DNA from: Promethearchaeota archaeon
GTDB lineage: Archaea > Asgardarchaeota > Lokiarchaeia > Sigyniarchaeales > SOKP01
Reading direction: 5' to 3'
DNA length: 64,000 nt
Assembly: GCA_016840085.1 (NCBI GenBank)
Contig: JAEOTA010000085.1
Span: 17,441 to 81,440, forward strand
The translations under genes and the position numbers were made by a program. A model generated the notes under the pieces. The model saw nothing but the letters and a program-made list of their open reading frames with translations. It ran no database searches and was not told where the DNA came from. Position 1 is the first letter of the stretch, and the number at the start of each line of letters is the position of its first letter. Positions 29,361 through 38,341 of the stretch are shown in pieces.

Positions 29361-30530
29361 TTATAGTTTTAATGGATATTTACGATATTTCTCTATAGCT
29401 GCTCTGAATGCTAAAATGTTTTCCCATGGCACATTTAAGATATTATGACTTGGTCCTGCAAAATAACCTCCACCATAAGCAGCTGCCTTGATACATCTTT
29501 TTACTTCTTGCTCAACTTCTTTAGCAGTTGCAAAACTTAATATTCTAGTAGCATCCATTCCACCCATAAAACTCAATCGATCTCCTAAAGTTTCCTTTAA
29601 GTGTGCCAAATCAACACCCGCAGCAGGTTCCAGTGCTTGAATGCAATCTAATCCTGCATCAACCATGTCTGGGAGTAATTTATCAATATATCCACATGAA
29701 TGCTGAACAATAAATATTCCGTGTTTTTTGCATTCTTGATACATCTTCTTGTAGTAGGGTAGCATAAACTTACGAAAATTCTCAAGGGAAAACATCGAAC
29801 GCCCTTTATACCCTAGATCATCGTAATAAAATACAACATCTATTCCTGCTTCAGCATAACGTTTAATAAATTCTAAATTTGTTTTAGTATATTCCTCCAT
29901 AACTTCATGGATAAATTGTGGGTTTTTTCGCATATGATAAGTAACCCTACTTACGGTCATTCCTTCGAATAGAGCTTCATTCATGGCAATCATTAATCTA
30001 GCCATTGGATATAAGTATGGAGAGAGACTGTCTACAAACTCTTCCCAGATTTTGGGGGAATAATTAACCTCATCATTAATACATTCAGAAGGTTTTCCAT
30101 ATTCATCCCAATAAGAGTGTAAAATTTCAGGTGTTCTGAAATAGCCATCTAGATACCATGCATAAGTTAAGCCCGTCTTAATTTGTTCCACTCGCTTAAA
30201 TATTCTCCCAGCTGTTGGGACTATGTAACTTCCAGGATATTCAGGTGGACCTTCAGCAATAACTGTTTTCATTCTATGCCTCCATGGATCAATTACATGG
30301 CAATCAACATTCCAGAATCGCAGTTCTGTGATATCTCCCGCCCATCGATATTCTTCTTTTGAATAGTTATTTTTAATATAAGTGTGATTTTCTTTATATT
30401 CATCTGATTCCAGATATTGTTGATAAGCAGTACCAGTTCTTTCGAAACCGAGAGTATGGATAGGTACCATATCTGGCTCCTCATCACATTCTAAGGCTCG
30501 AATAACTCGTTCTCGTTTTGATAAAACCAT
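29361..30530 (-). CDS. Uroporphyrinogen decarboxylase (URO-D) family methyltransferase, MtaA/CmuA-like
   Basis: 389 aa. QHSCGYIDKLLPDMVDAGLDCIQALEP and GGYFAGPSHNI regions are typical of URO-D/MtaA-type enzymes. Divergent from a corrinoid protein gene. Confidence 0.7.
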   Translation of the reverse strand: MVLSKRERVIRALECDEEPDMVPIHTLGFERTGTAYQQYLESDEYKENHTYIKNNYSKEEYRWAGDITELRFWNVDCHVIDPWRHRMKTVIAEGPPEYPGSYIVPTAGRIFKRVEQIKTGLTYAWYLDGYFRTPEILHSYWDEYGKPSECINDEVNYSPKIWEEFVDSLSPYLYPMARLMIAMNEALFEGMTVSRVTYHMRKNPQFIHEVMEEYTKTNLEFIKRYAEAGIDVVFYYDDLGYKGRSMFSLENFRKFMLPYYKKMYQECKKHGIFIVQHSCGYIDKLLPDMVDAGLDCIQALEPAAGVDLAHLKETLGDRLSFMGGMDATRILSFATAKEVEQEVKRCIKAAAYGGGYFAGPSHNILNVPWENILAFRAAIEKYRKYPLKL

Positions 30531-30653
30531 AATAAGAAATTAATTTTGGTTATTTAAAAAAATTTTTAATACAAATATAGTTGTAATAATTATTATAAAC
30601 TAAAATGGAATTGGGGAATATTAAACTACTTATTCAAAAATTGGCCTTATATT

Positions 30654-31289
30654 ATGGATTTTGAAGAATTAACTGAACTTGTTGTTGAATTGGAATTAGA
30701 TGATATAGCTGACGCTGTAAAGATTGCACTAAAGGAAGATGGAAAAGATCCATTTGAAATTTTAACAGCTTTAACAAAAGGTATGGACGAAGTAAGTCGA
30801 CGTTATGAGGAATTTGAATATTTTTTAGGTGAATTAGTATTAGCAGGAGATACTATGAAAGCCGGTCTTGAGGTTTTAAAACCAGCTTTAGCAGTTTCAG
30901 ATGGTACTAAAGAAAAAACAAAAGTTATAATTGCAACTGTTAAAGGAGATCAACATGATCTTGGGAAAAACCTACTAGGAACATTACTGCTAAGTGCTAA
31001 TTTTGAAGTATACGATCTAGGCAGAAATGTGGATGCAGAAACAATAGTAGAAAAGGTTAAAGAAACTGGAGCATCAGTTGTAGCTTTAAGTTCTTTATTA
31101 TCTATGACGGTAGATCAAATTGGGGTTGTTCACAAAGCACTGGAAGAAGCAGGATTACGAGATAAAGTAAAATTGATCGTGGGAGGTGCCCCTTTAAATA
31201 TGGAGCTTGCAAAGCAATTTGGTGCCGATGATTATGCTGATGATGCTATATATGGGGTTGATCACATAAAGAAATTAGCTGAGAATTAA
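30654..31289 (+). CDS. Corrinoid (B12-binding) protein of a methyltransferase system
   Basis: DxHxxG motif in VKGDQHDLGKN, SSLLSMT and GGAPL motifs. N-terminal helical cap domain. Confidence 0.85.
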   Translation: MDFEELTELVVELELDDIADAVKIALKEDGKDPFEILTALTKGMDEVSRRYEEFEYFLGELVLAGDTMKAGLEVLKPALAVSDGTKEKTKVIIATVKGDQHDLGKNLLGTLLLSANFEVYDLGRNVDAETIVEKVKETGASVVALSSLLSMTVDQIGVVHKALEEAGLRDKVKLIVGGAPLNMELAKQFGADDYADDAIYGVDHIKKLAEN

Positions 31290-31313
31290 TGTAATATTAG
31301 TATTCTCATGATT

Positions 31314-31592
31314 TTATTGATAAATAATTGAAAAATAACATATATAATACCCAATCACACTAATAGTGTTAATCAAAATTATCCAATCTCTTTTATTTTT
31401 TCTATTATAATCTTTTCTAATTTGTTCTCTTTTTAATTCAGCTTCGAGGGCTTGTTGTTGGTAACTTTTTACAATGTCAGGATCAGTCAATACGTAATGA
31501 ATAGATGGATCATATTGAGCCCTACCGCTTCTGGCAGCATCTCCAACGTAAGTTAGTCTGCTTAAATTTTCTAATAAGGGGGAATCTTTAGT
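31314..31592 (-). CDS. Unannotated 92-codon open frame with a C-terminal TM helix, in frame with and directly after the TGA of 31593..31949
   Basis: TKDSPLLENLSRLTYVGDAARSGRAQYDPSIHYVLTDPDIVKSYQQQALEAELKREQIRKDYNRKNKRDWIILINTISVIGYYICYFSIIYQ*. Only one internal TTG, no ATG or GTG. Confidence 0.4.
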   Translation of the reverse strand, partial: TKDSPLLENLSRLTYVGDAARSGRAQYDPSIHYVLTDPDIVKSYQQQALEAELKREQIRKDYNRKNKRDWIILINTISVIGYYICYFSIIYQ

Positions 31593-31949
31593 TCAAATAA
31601 CTATGTAGAAAATTTCAGAAATAGAAATGCCAAATATAATATAATCCAAAAATCCATAACTGAAATTCATAAGTGGAATCATAAAAAGTCCAGGTATGGC
31701 GTAGAAAGAACCACAAATTAAAGCTCCGAACACGAAATATGAATTAAAAGGATTCTTTACTTTAAAAGTAAAAATAATTCCAATTGTTATTATTGCTATA
31801 AAAATAAAAGCAAGAATTACTAAGATTAAATTATTCGGAATTAACAAGATCATAAAGCTCATTATAAAACAATTGAACAAACCAAAAAAAATATCATAAT
31901 ATTGAATTGTCTCTCTCTTGTCTGAAGTGCTATTTATTTCTTTATCCAT
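31593..31949 (-). CDS. Hypothetical membrane protein
   Basis: 118 aa, 3-4 TM helices. Its TGA stop is in frame with the downstream open frame. Confidence 0.5.
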   Translation of the reverse strand: MDKEINSTSDKRETIQYYDIFFGLFNCFIMSFMILLIPNNLILVILAFIFIAIITIGIIFTFKVKNPFNSYFVFGALICGSFYAIPGLFMIPLMNFSYGFLDYIIFGISISEIFYIVI

Positions 31950-32187
31950 AAAATATCTTGATTCATTATTGTTTTGTATTCTAGGAAGTAATATTATAAA
32001 TTAAAGGATTTTAATTTGAATTGAAATGTTAACTAAATGATTCGTGTCCTCTTTAAACGCAATTAGCCTATAGTTAATTAGAAAGTAGCTTTAGATGGAA
32101 TTAAACAGATTATAAAACTGAAAATCAGAATATGCAATATTTCTAAAATACTAATAATTAAGTTATACCTTAATTGAACTCTAAGAT

Positions 32188-33693
32188 TTACTCGATTTCA
32201 GGGATTAAAAAAATGAACTTAGCACCTTTAGTGTAATCCCCTTTCACCCTATCTTCAACCCAAATTTTGCCACCATAACTTTCTAATATTTTCTTTACAA
32301 GTGTTAATCCAAATCCCATTCCTTTTGAACCTTTTTCTTTGATAAACCTTTCTTGGAAAATTACTTTTTTCTTTTCTTCAGAAATCCCAATGCCATTATC
32401 TATGAATTCAAATTTAATGAACCTAATATTTTTTTGTAATTCTTTAGAAACTCTTACGAGAATCTCCACTTTGGATTTATCATTATAATTTAAAGCATTA
32501 ATTAATAAATTTTCAAAAATATCGATTAAGAGATCATTAGCTTGGATGAAGATTTTATCTTGAAATGAATCTAATGAAATATCAATATCTCTTATTCTTT
32601 TGTTAGCCCTAATACAATTAATCGCGTCTTTTAATACTTTAATTGCATCAATAACTTTAATTGATTTTTCTGAAACATCTAAAGAAGATAATTTTTGGAC
32701 ATTTGCAACTAACTTTTTACCTCTGGCAAATTGTTTTTTAATTAAGTCATAAAGTTCTTCAATATCACTTTCTCTCTCTGGTTCATTTAGATATTTCTCA
32801 CTAAGTTCAATTGAAATACCAATATTAGTAAGTATGTTATTAATATCATGATAGAATAAATCTTTATAAAGTTCAGCTCGATTATATGCTTCTCGAAATT
32901 GCTTCTCTGATTGTTTTAATTTCTTTTCAGCTTCTTTTTTCTCAGTAATATCTCGAGTAAAACCATAAAAACCAACTTTTCTTCCACTAGAGTCGTATCT
33001 TAAATAAAAAGATCCTTCAAAAGTACGCTTTTCGCCATCACTTCTTATAACTTGACTTTCAAAAGTCCCTTTTGGAAGTTCATTCTTATATAAATTATTA
33101 AAGATATTAAATACTTCTTCTATTGTTTTTTTATCCACTTGAGTAGTGTAACTTTTTCCTAATAGTTTTTTTTTCGGAATCCCTACGTATCTACTAATAT
33201 AATCATTTACATAAGTATAATTTCCTCGTAGATCTACTTCAAAGTATCCATCCTCAATATTCTCGATTATTTCTCTATACTTTTTATCAGATTCCAATAA
33301 TTTTTGTTGAGTTTCTTTTATTTGTGTTATATTTCTTAACAATAACACGATTTTACCATGATTATTATCATCAACCAACTGGCCTTTTGCGGAAAATTGA
33401 ATATAATTTCCTTTTTTGTGCTGTACTTTTAGTTCAGCAGATATAGCGTCATTTGTTTTTATTGCGTTATTAAGTATCTCCTTTATTCTTAACCTATCAT
33501 CAGGATGTATAAGATGAATAAATCTTTGTCCTATAAATTCTTTAGATGAATAACCAAGTAGGCCATTAACTTGAGGATTAATATATGTAATAGCTAAATC
33601 TAAATTTATTTCAACTAGTATATCTAAAATGCTGTTTATAAGATTAAGATATCTCGTTTCAGATTCTTTTAATTCATTTTTAAACTTACTCAT
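32188..33693 (-). CDS. Cytoplasmic sensor histidine kinase with two PAS domains
   Basis: PAS-like repeats, H-box FYHDINNILTNI, G-box GMGFGLTLVKKILESYGGKIWVE. No response regulator nearby. Confidence 0.85.
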   Translation of the reverse strand: MSKFKNELKESETRYLNLINSILDILVEINLDLAITYINPQVNGLLGYSSKEFIGQRFIHLIHPDDRLRIKEILNNAIKTNDAISAELKVQHKKGNYIQFSAKGQLVDDNNHGKIVLLLRNITQIKETQQKLLESDKKYREIIENIEDGYFEVDLRGNYTYVNDYISRYVGIPKKKLLGKSYTTQVDKKTIEEVFNIFNNLYKNELPKGTFESQVIRSDGEKRTFEGSFYLRYDSSGRKVGFYGFTRDITEKKEAEKKLKQSEKQFREAYNRAELYKDLFYHDINNILTNIGISIELSEKYLNEPERESDIEELYDLIKKQFARGKKLVANVQKLSSLDVSEKSIKVIDAIKVLKDAINCIRANKRIRDIDISLDSFQDKIFIQANDLLIDIFENLLINALNYNDKSKVEILVRVSKELQKNIRFIKFEFIDNGIGISEEKKKVIFQERFIKEKGSKGMGFGLTLVKKILESYGGKIWVEDRVKGDYTKGAKFIFLIPEIE

Positions 33694-34019
33694 AACTTAA
33701 GCTCCTTTTTAAATACATTTTATCTAAAAACATTACAATTGGCAGGCTAGGTCTTTTCATAAAATTGGATTAAATCTATTATTATAAGTTTTTAAATTTG
33801 ATTAAAATTCAATAGATATTACTATGAAGATAAGTAAGAAATTTAATTTTTTCTTATAGATTTAATTTACGTTACAATAGTTAGAATAAAGAGGGAAAAA
33901 GAAAAAGAATTGAATTATTTAGGATAATTTATTTTGACTCCTCTTTTTAATAATCTCCCCAAAATAAAAAAATTTAAGTAAGGTTTATGAATTCAAGGAT
34001 TTGCACAATTTCTTGTATA

Positions 34020-35444
34020 CTAAAAGTTTAATCCCTTAAAGTAATTTACTGTTGTATAAATATCTTTACCACCTTTTCTAAGATAATCCATAGCTTCTTC
34101 GATACCTTCAATTGTTAAGTCAAACATAGGAATTATGCTAGAGATGATCTTTCTAGTCCATGGTGACCATTCAGGTCTTATAAGTTCAGGATTTAACCAT
34201 ACGATTCCATTTTTAAAATGATCCCCGAGCTCCTTGATATAATAGATTCCTGGTAATTCATTTCTATGATAATAATATATCGAACCATATTTTTCAGTTA
34301 ATTCCCAAGACGCCATTGCAGCGTCGCCCACTATGACAACTCTATATTTATTATCATATTTTCTTAGAAAATCGTTGAATTCAATAGCTTCATCAGGATT
34401 GCGTTTTGCATTGAAATAAATTGTTTCATAGATGCAATTATGGAAATAATAATGTTTAAAATCTTTCCAATGAGACATATTATTTGCTGCTGAGAAAAGT
34501 AAATTAACGAGATGGGCATAAGGAGTCATACTACCTCCAACGTCCATTAAAAGGAGGAGTTTTACATCATTTTTTCTACGTTTATCAAATACTATTTCAA
34601 TATCTCCACAGTTTTTAGCAGTTTTATCAATAGTTTCATCTAAATTTAACTCGTCTCTTTTTCCAATTTCTTCAAGCTTCTTGAGTTTTTTCAGAGCAAC
34701 TTTGATTTGTCGTGTATCTAAAACGATATCTTTGCGATAATCTTTAAAAATTCTTTTTTCTGCTATTTGAACTGCTGTCCGCATACCTGAAGAACCACCA
34801 ATTCTCATTCCCATAGGATTTTCTCCAGAATGCCCAAAAGGAGATGTGCCCTGCGTGCCAATCCAATGATCTCCAAAATTATGTTCTTCATCTTGTCTTT
34901 GCATTAAATCTTCGAATTGTTTTTGCATTTCTTCGAGATTAAAAAATTGGTTTAACATTTCTTGGGATATCCCATCAATTTCAGCAATACCAAGGTTTTT
35001 CTGCAACCATTTCAATATTTCCTCCTTAATATCCTCTGGTGCGTTTATTAAAAGCTTACCTTCAAGTTTATCTCTGTATTTCTCTAACAGTTCTTGAAGT
35101 AATTCTTGTATATCTACAACGTTGAGGTATTGTTGATATTCTCTTAATAATAATTGCAATCCTTCAATTAATTCTGGGAAAGTAATATCTTTCTCTAACC
35201 AATCCCAAATCTCGTGTTTAAGATCATCAGGGAATCTTATCATAGCATTTTTAAAGAAATTAGCAAAAGAAATGTCATAGATGTCAAAATGATGTTCATT
35301 TTTGCATAAAATAGATCTTGAAGTATAATAAAACTCGACCATGTTATGGATAAGCCCTTTATTTAACGCCTCTAATAGGGTAATATACTCTGTTATTGAT
35401 ACAGGAAGTCTTTCTTTAAGGTAATAAAAAAATTCGATAAACAT
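34020..35444 (-). CDS. vWA-domain protein (CoxE-like partner of a MoxR ATPase)
   Basis: 474 aa. MIDAS-like LLLLMDVGGSMTPY. A MoxR gene lies upstream on the same strand, separated by an insertion. Confidence 0.7.
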   Translation of the reverse strand: MFIEFFYYLKERLPVSITEYITLLEALNKGLIHNMVEFYYTSRSILCKNEHHFDIYDISFANFFKNAMIRFPDDLKHEIWDWLEKDITFPELIEGLQLLLREYQQYLNVVDIQELLQELLEKYRDKLEGKLLINAPEDIKEEILKWLQKNLGIAEIDGISQEMLNQFFNLEEMQKQFEDLMQRQDEEHNFGDHWIGTQGTSPFGHSGENPMGMRIGGSSGMRTAVQIAEKRIFKDYRKDIVLDTRQIKVALKKLKKLEEIGKRDELNLDETIDKTAKNCGDIEIVFDKRRKNDVKLLLLMDVGGSMTPYAHLVNLLFSAANNMSHWKDFKHYYFHNCIYETIYFNAKRNPDEAIEFNDFLRKYDNKYRVVIVGDAAMASWELTEKYGSIYYYHRNELPGIYYIKELGDHFKNGIVWLNPELIRPEWSPWTRKIISSIIPMFDLTIEGIEEAMDYLRKGGKDIYTTVNYFKGLNF

Positions 35445-35672
35445 TTAATTAAATCTTAATATCTTCAATGGTCGTTATTTAAATAGAGTTAACCATATAA
35501 TATTAGTTTTTGGTCAATATCAATACTTCTTTAATCTTCTTATAAAATAATTTGGTCTTATAGTAATAAACTAAGTATAAGAAAAAATTATTTATAAACT
35601 TGAAAACCCAAAAACTCATTGATATTATCTGGATATTTATTATTTTGAATTATTATTAATGGACGCATCGCT

Positions 35673-36770
35673 ATGAGAAAGATTTCATATCAAAATTGTA
35701 AAGAATTGGCAAAGCTAAGAGGGCTTGAATTAGTAATTTCTGAAAAAGAGTTTAATAAACTAATAAATAGAAAAAAATCAGCTCTAAGCAAAATTAAAAT
35801 TAAATGGAAATGTGACAAGGGACATCAATGGACTGCAACATATAACAATATAAAACAACATGAATCTGGTTGTCCTTATTGTTATGGTAATGTTGCAATA
35901 TCCTATCAGGTCTGTAAGGATTTAGGAAAACTAAAGGGATTTGAGTTAATAACCTCTGTAAATGAATTTAATATATTAATGAAAAATAGAACCAATGTTC
36001 CTAGTAAAGTTAAATTAAGATGGAGTTGTTTTTTAGGACATAAATGGAATGCAGCATATAACAATATAAAGCATACAGATACGGGATGTCCTTATTGTTA
36101 TGGTAATCTACCATTATCATATCAAAATTGCATAGAATTAGCAAAACTGAGAGGATTTGAAATATTAATATCTGAAAAGGAGTTTATAGGTTTAATGAAA
36201 CAGAGAACTACAGTTCCAAGTAAAGTAAAATTAAGATGGAAATGCGAAAAGTGTCATGAATGGTGTGCGATATATAATGATATACAACAAGGTAAGGGAT
36301 GCCCAGAATGTGCTGAAGGTAAATATGAGGAAAGCTGTCGTTGGTATTTTGAAAAAATTTTCAAAGAAAAATTTAATAAAATCAAACTATCCAAATTAAT
36401 ACCTTATTATAATGGTCAGATGCATTTAGATGGATTTGCTTTAGTAATGATTGCTGAAAATCAAATTAAGTTAGCTTTTGAATTTAATGGTATACAACAT
36501 GATGAATTCCCTAATTTCTTTCATAAAACATATCAAGACTTTTTAGAACAACAACGATATGATAATGAAAAGAAAGAATTATGTGAAAATAATGGAATAA
36601 TTCTTATTGTTTTTCCCCAGAAAATTGATTTAAAAATGAATCATCCTGAAATAATTCAAAAATTCATTATAGACGAATTAGAAAGAAAAACTGGTTTTAG
36701 ATTATCAAACATTCAACAATATAATCATCTGGTTGAATGGGCTAGTTGGAGAAGTTTAGATAATTTTTAG
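35673..36770 (+). CDS. Triple zinc-ribbon repeat protein with a C-terminal PD-(D/E)XK-like (Vsr/DUF559-like) nuclease domain
   Basis: Three ~72-aa repeats (...LAKLRGFEL...KLRWKCxxGHxWxAxYNNIKxxxxGCPYCYGN). C-terminus HLDGFALV...KLAFEFNGIQH...YDNEKKELCENNGIILIV. Confidence 0.6.
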   Translation: MRKISYQNCKELAKLRGLELVISEKEFNKLINRKKSALSKIKIKWKCDKGHQWTATYNNIKQHESGCPYCYGNVAISYQVCKDLGKLKGFELITSVNEFNILMKNRTNVPSKVKLRWSCFLGHKWNAAYNNIKHTDTGCPYCYGNLPLSYQNCIELAKLRGFEILISEKEFIGLMKQRTTVPSKVKLRWKCEKCHEWCAIYNDIQQGKGCPECAEGKYEESCRWYFEKIFKEKFNKIKLSKLIPYYNGQMHLDGFALVMIAENQIKLAFEFNGIQHDEFPNFFHKTYQDFLEQQRYDNEKKELCENNGIILIVFPQKIDLKMNHPEIIQKFIIDELERKTGFRLSNIQQYNHLVEWASWRSLDNF

Positions 36771-36781
36771 TAAATTTATTC

Positions 36782-36847
36782 TATCACATATTCTGTAATA
36801 CTAACCAGTAATCTTTCTTTTAAGTAATAATAAAATTCGATAAACAT
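36782..36847 (-). pseudogene. Remnant copy of the vWA gene 5' end, 15 nt downstream of the MoxR stop
   Basis: Reverse translation gives MFIEFYYYLKERLLVSITEYVIE*. The intact gene has MFIEFFYYLKERLPVSITEYITLL (35379..35444). Confidence 0.7.
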
Positions 36848-36862
36848 TCTTAAAAATCAAAA

Positions 36863-37714
36863 TTAGGTAGGGAATTTTATTTTATCAACAACTATTTCAA
36901 AATCTTTCTCTTTCTTTATCAAAACGCCAAGAAATGGAATTCCTTTCTTTAATTCATCTATTGTAATCCCGCTTTTTAGCAAAACTCCAATCCAATCAAG
37001 AAGTTCCGAAGTTGATGGCATTTTTCTTAATTTAGTAATCGCTCTTAAGGCATAAAAATGTTTTAAACATTGTTCTAATAAGTTCTGCTTTAGATTCGGA
37101 TAGTGTAATCTGCAAATTTCTGCCATGAAGCTTTTAGAGGGAAATTCAATCCAGTGGAATACACATCTTCTTAAAAATGCATCTGGGAGTTCTTTTTCAT
37201 TGTTAGATGTAATAATTACAATTGGTCTGTTTTTAGCTTTCACAAATTCTTTTGTTTCTTTTATATAAAATTCCATAACATCCAATTCCTGTAAAAGATC
37301 ATTAGGAAATTCAATATCAGCCTTATCAATTTCATCAATTAATAAAACTACCTGTTCATCAGAAACAAAAGATTCGCCTAATGGGCCCAGCATTATATAA
37401 TCGTGAATATTATCTACATCTCGATCATCACAGCCAAATCTACTATCATTTAATCTTTGAACTGTGTCATACATATAGCACCCATCAATACCCTCACTCG
37501 TGCTTTTAATATTCCAGATAATTAATTTTTTACCTAAACTTTCAGCTATTGCATGCGCGAGCATTGTTTTCCCTGTTCCTGGCTCTCCTTTAACTAATAA
37601 GGGTCTTGCTAATGCTATTGATACGTTAACTATGTTCCTTAGTTGAGGATCAGCAAGATATTTAACCCTATCAGTTTTTACGTCTCCTTGGAATTTATTA
37701 AATGTAGCATCCAT
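36863..37714 (-). CDS. MoxR/CoxD-like AAA+ ATPase (AAA_5)
   Basis: Walker A LVKGEPGTGKTMLAHAIA, Walker B VVLLIDEIDKAD. Confidence 0.85.
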   Translation of the reverse strand: MDATFNKFQGDVKTDRVKYLADPQLRNIVNVSIALARPLLVKGEPGTGKTMLAHAIAESLGKKLIIWNIKSTSEGIDGCYMYDTVQRLNDSRFGCDDRDVDNIHDYIMLGPLGESFVSDEQVVLLIDEIDKADIEFPNDLLQELDVMEFYIKETKEFVKAKNRPIVIITSNNEKELPDAFLRRCVFHWIEFPSKSFMAEICRLHYPNLKQNLLEQCLKHFYALRAITKLRKMPSTSELLDWIGVLLKSGITIDELKKGIPFLGVLIKKEKDFEIVVDKIKFPT

Positions 37715-37890
37715 AGTTACTCAAAATTAATGTAAAATTATATAATTTTTGAATATATTTCAATAGTTTTTTGTTTACAATTTATAAAAAATTCAAAAAA
37801 ATTTTAAATAGTTAAGAATAGTACAAGAAATTACTCAATTTTAATATAGAGAATAGTAAGAGTCAATTTAAAATAACAAAATGATTAATC

Positions 37891-38295
37891 ATGTCAAAAG
37901 AAGAAGAGGTTCTAGAAGAATTAAAAAAAATTCGTGAGTTGCTTTCTCCACCTCCGCCACCACCAAAACCTAAAAATTTATTTGAGGAATTCAAGCAATT
38001 TTTAGAGAAATATAAAGTTGTAGGGATTGCTGTTGCTTTTATTATGGCAATTTATCTTGGCGCATTAATTCAGTCTCTTGTCAACAATCTAGTAATGCCA
38101 ATAATAGAGCTTTTCTTACCTGGTGTTGATTGGGAGTCAGTAAAAGCAGGTCCTTTTAGAGTTGGAGCATTTATAGGAGATCTGATAACATTCGTTATTG
38201 TTGCTTTCGTAATTTTTATGTTAGTTAAACTAACTACTCAATTTGGAGAATACAGTAAAAAAATACAAGAAAAAGTAGGTCAAGTAATAGATTAA
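37891..38295 (+). CDS. mscL: Large-conductance mechanosensitive channel
   Basis: FKQFLEKYKVVGIAVAFIMAIYLGALIQSLVNNLVMPII plus a second TM helix. N-terminal extension with a PPPPPPKPK tract. Confidence 0.8.
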   Translation: MSKEEEVLEELKKIRELLSPPPPPPKPKNLFEEFKQFLEKYKVVGIAVAFIMAIYLGALIQSLVNNLVMPIIELFLPGVDWESVKAGPFRVGAFIGDLITFVIVAFVIFMLVKLTTQFGEYSKKIQEKVGQVID

Positions 38296-38296
38296 A

Positions 38297-38313
38297 TTTT
38301 TTTTTTATTTTTT
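38297..38313 (+). terminator. Oligo-T terminator (T10 A T6) after mscL
   Basis: Begins 2 nt after the mscL stop codon. Confidence 0.5.
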
Positions 38314-38341
38314 ATAAATTAGCTTAAAAAGTGATAATTTT

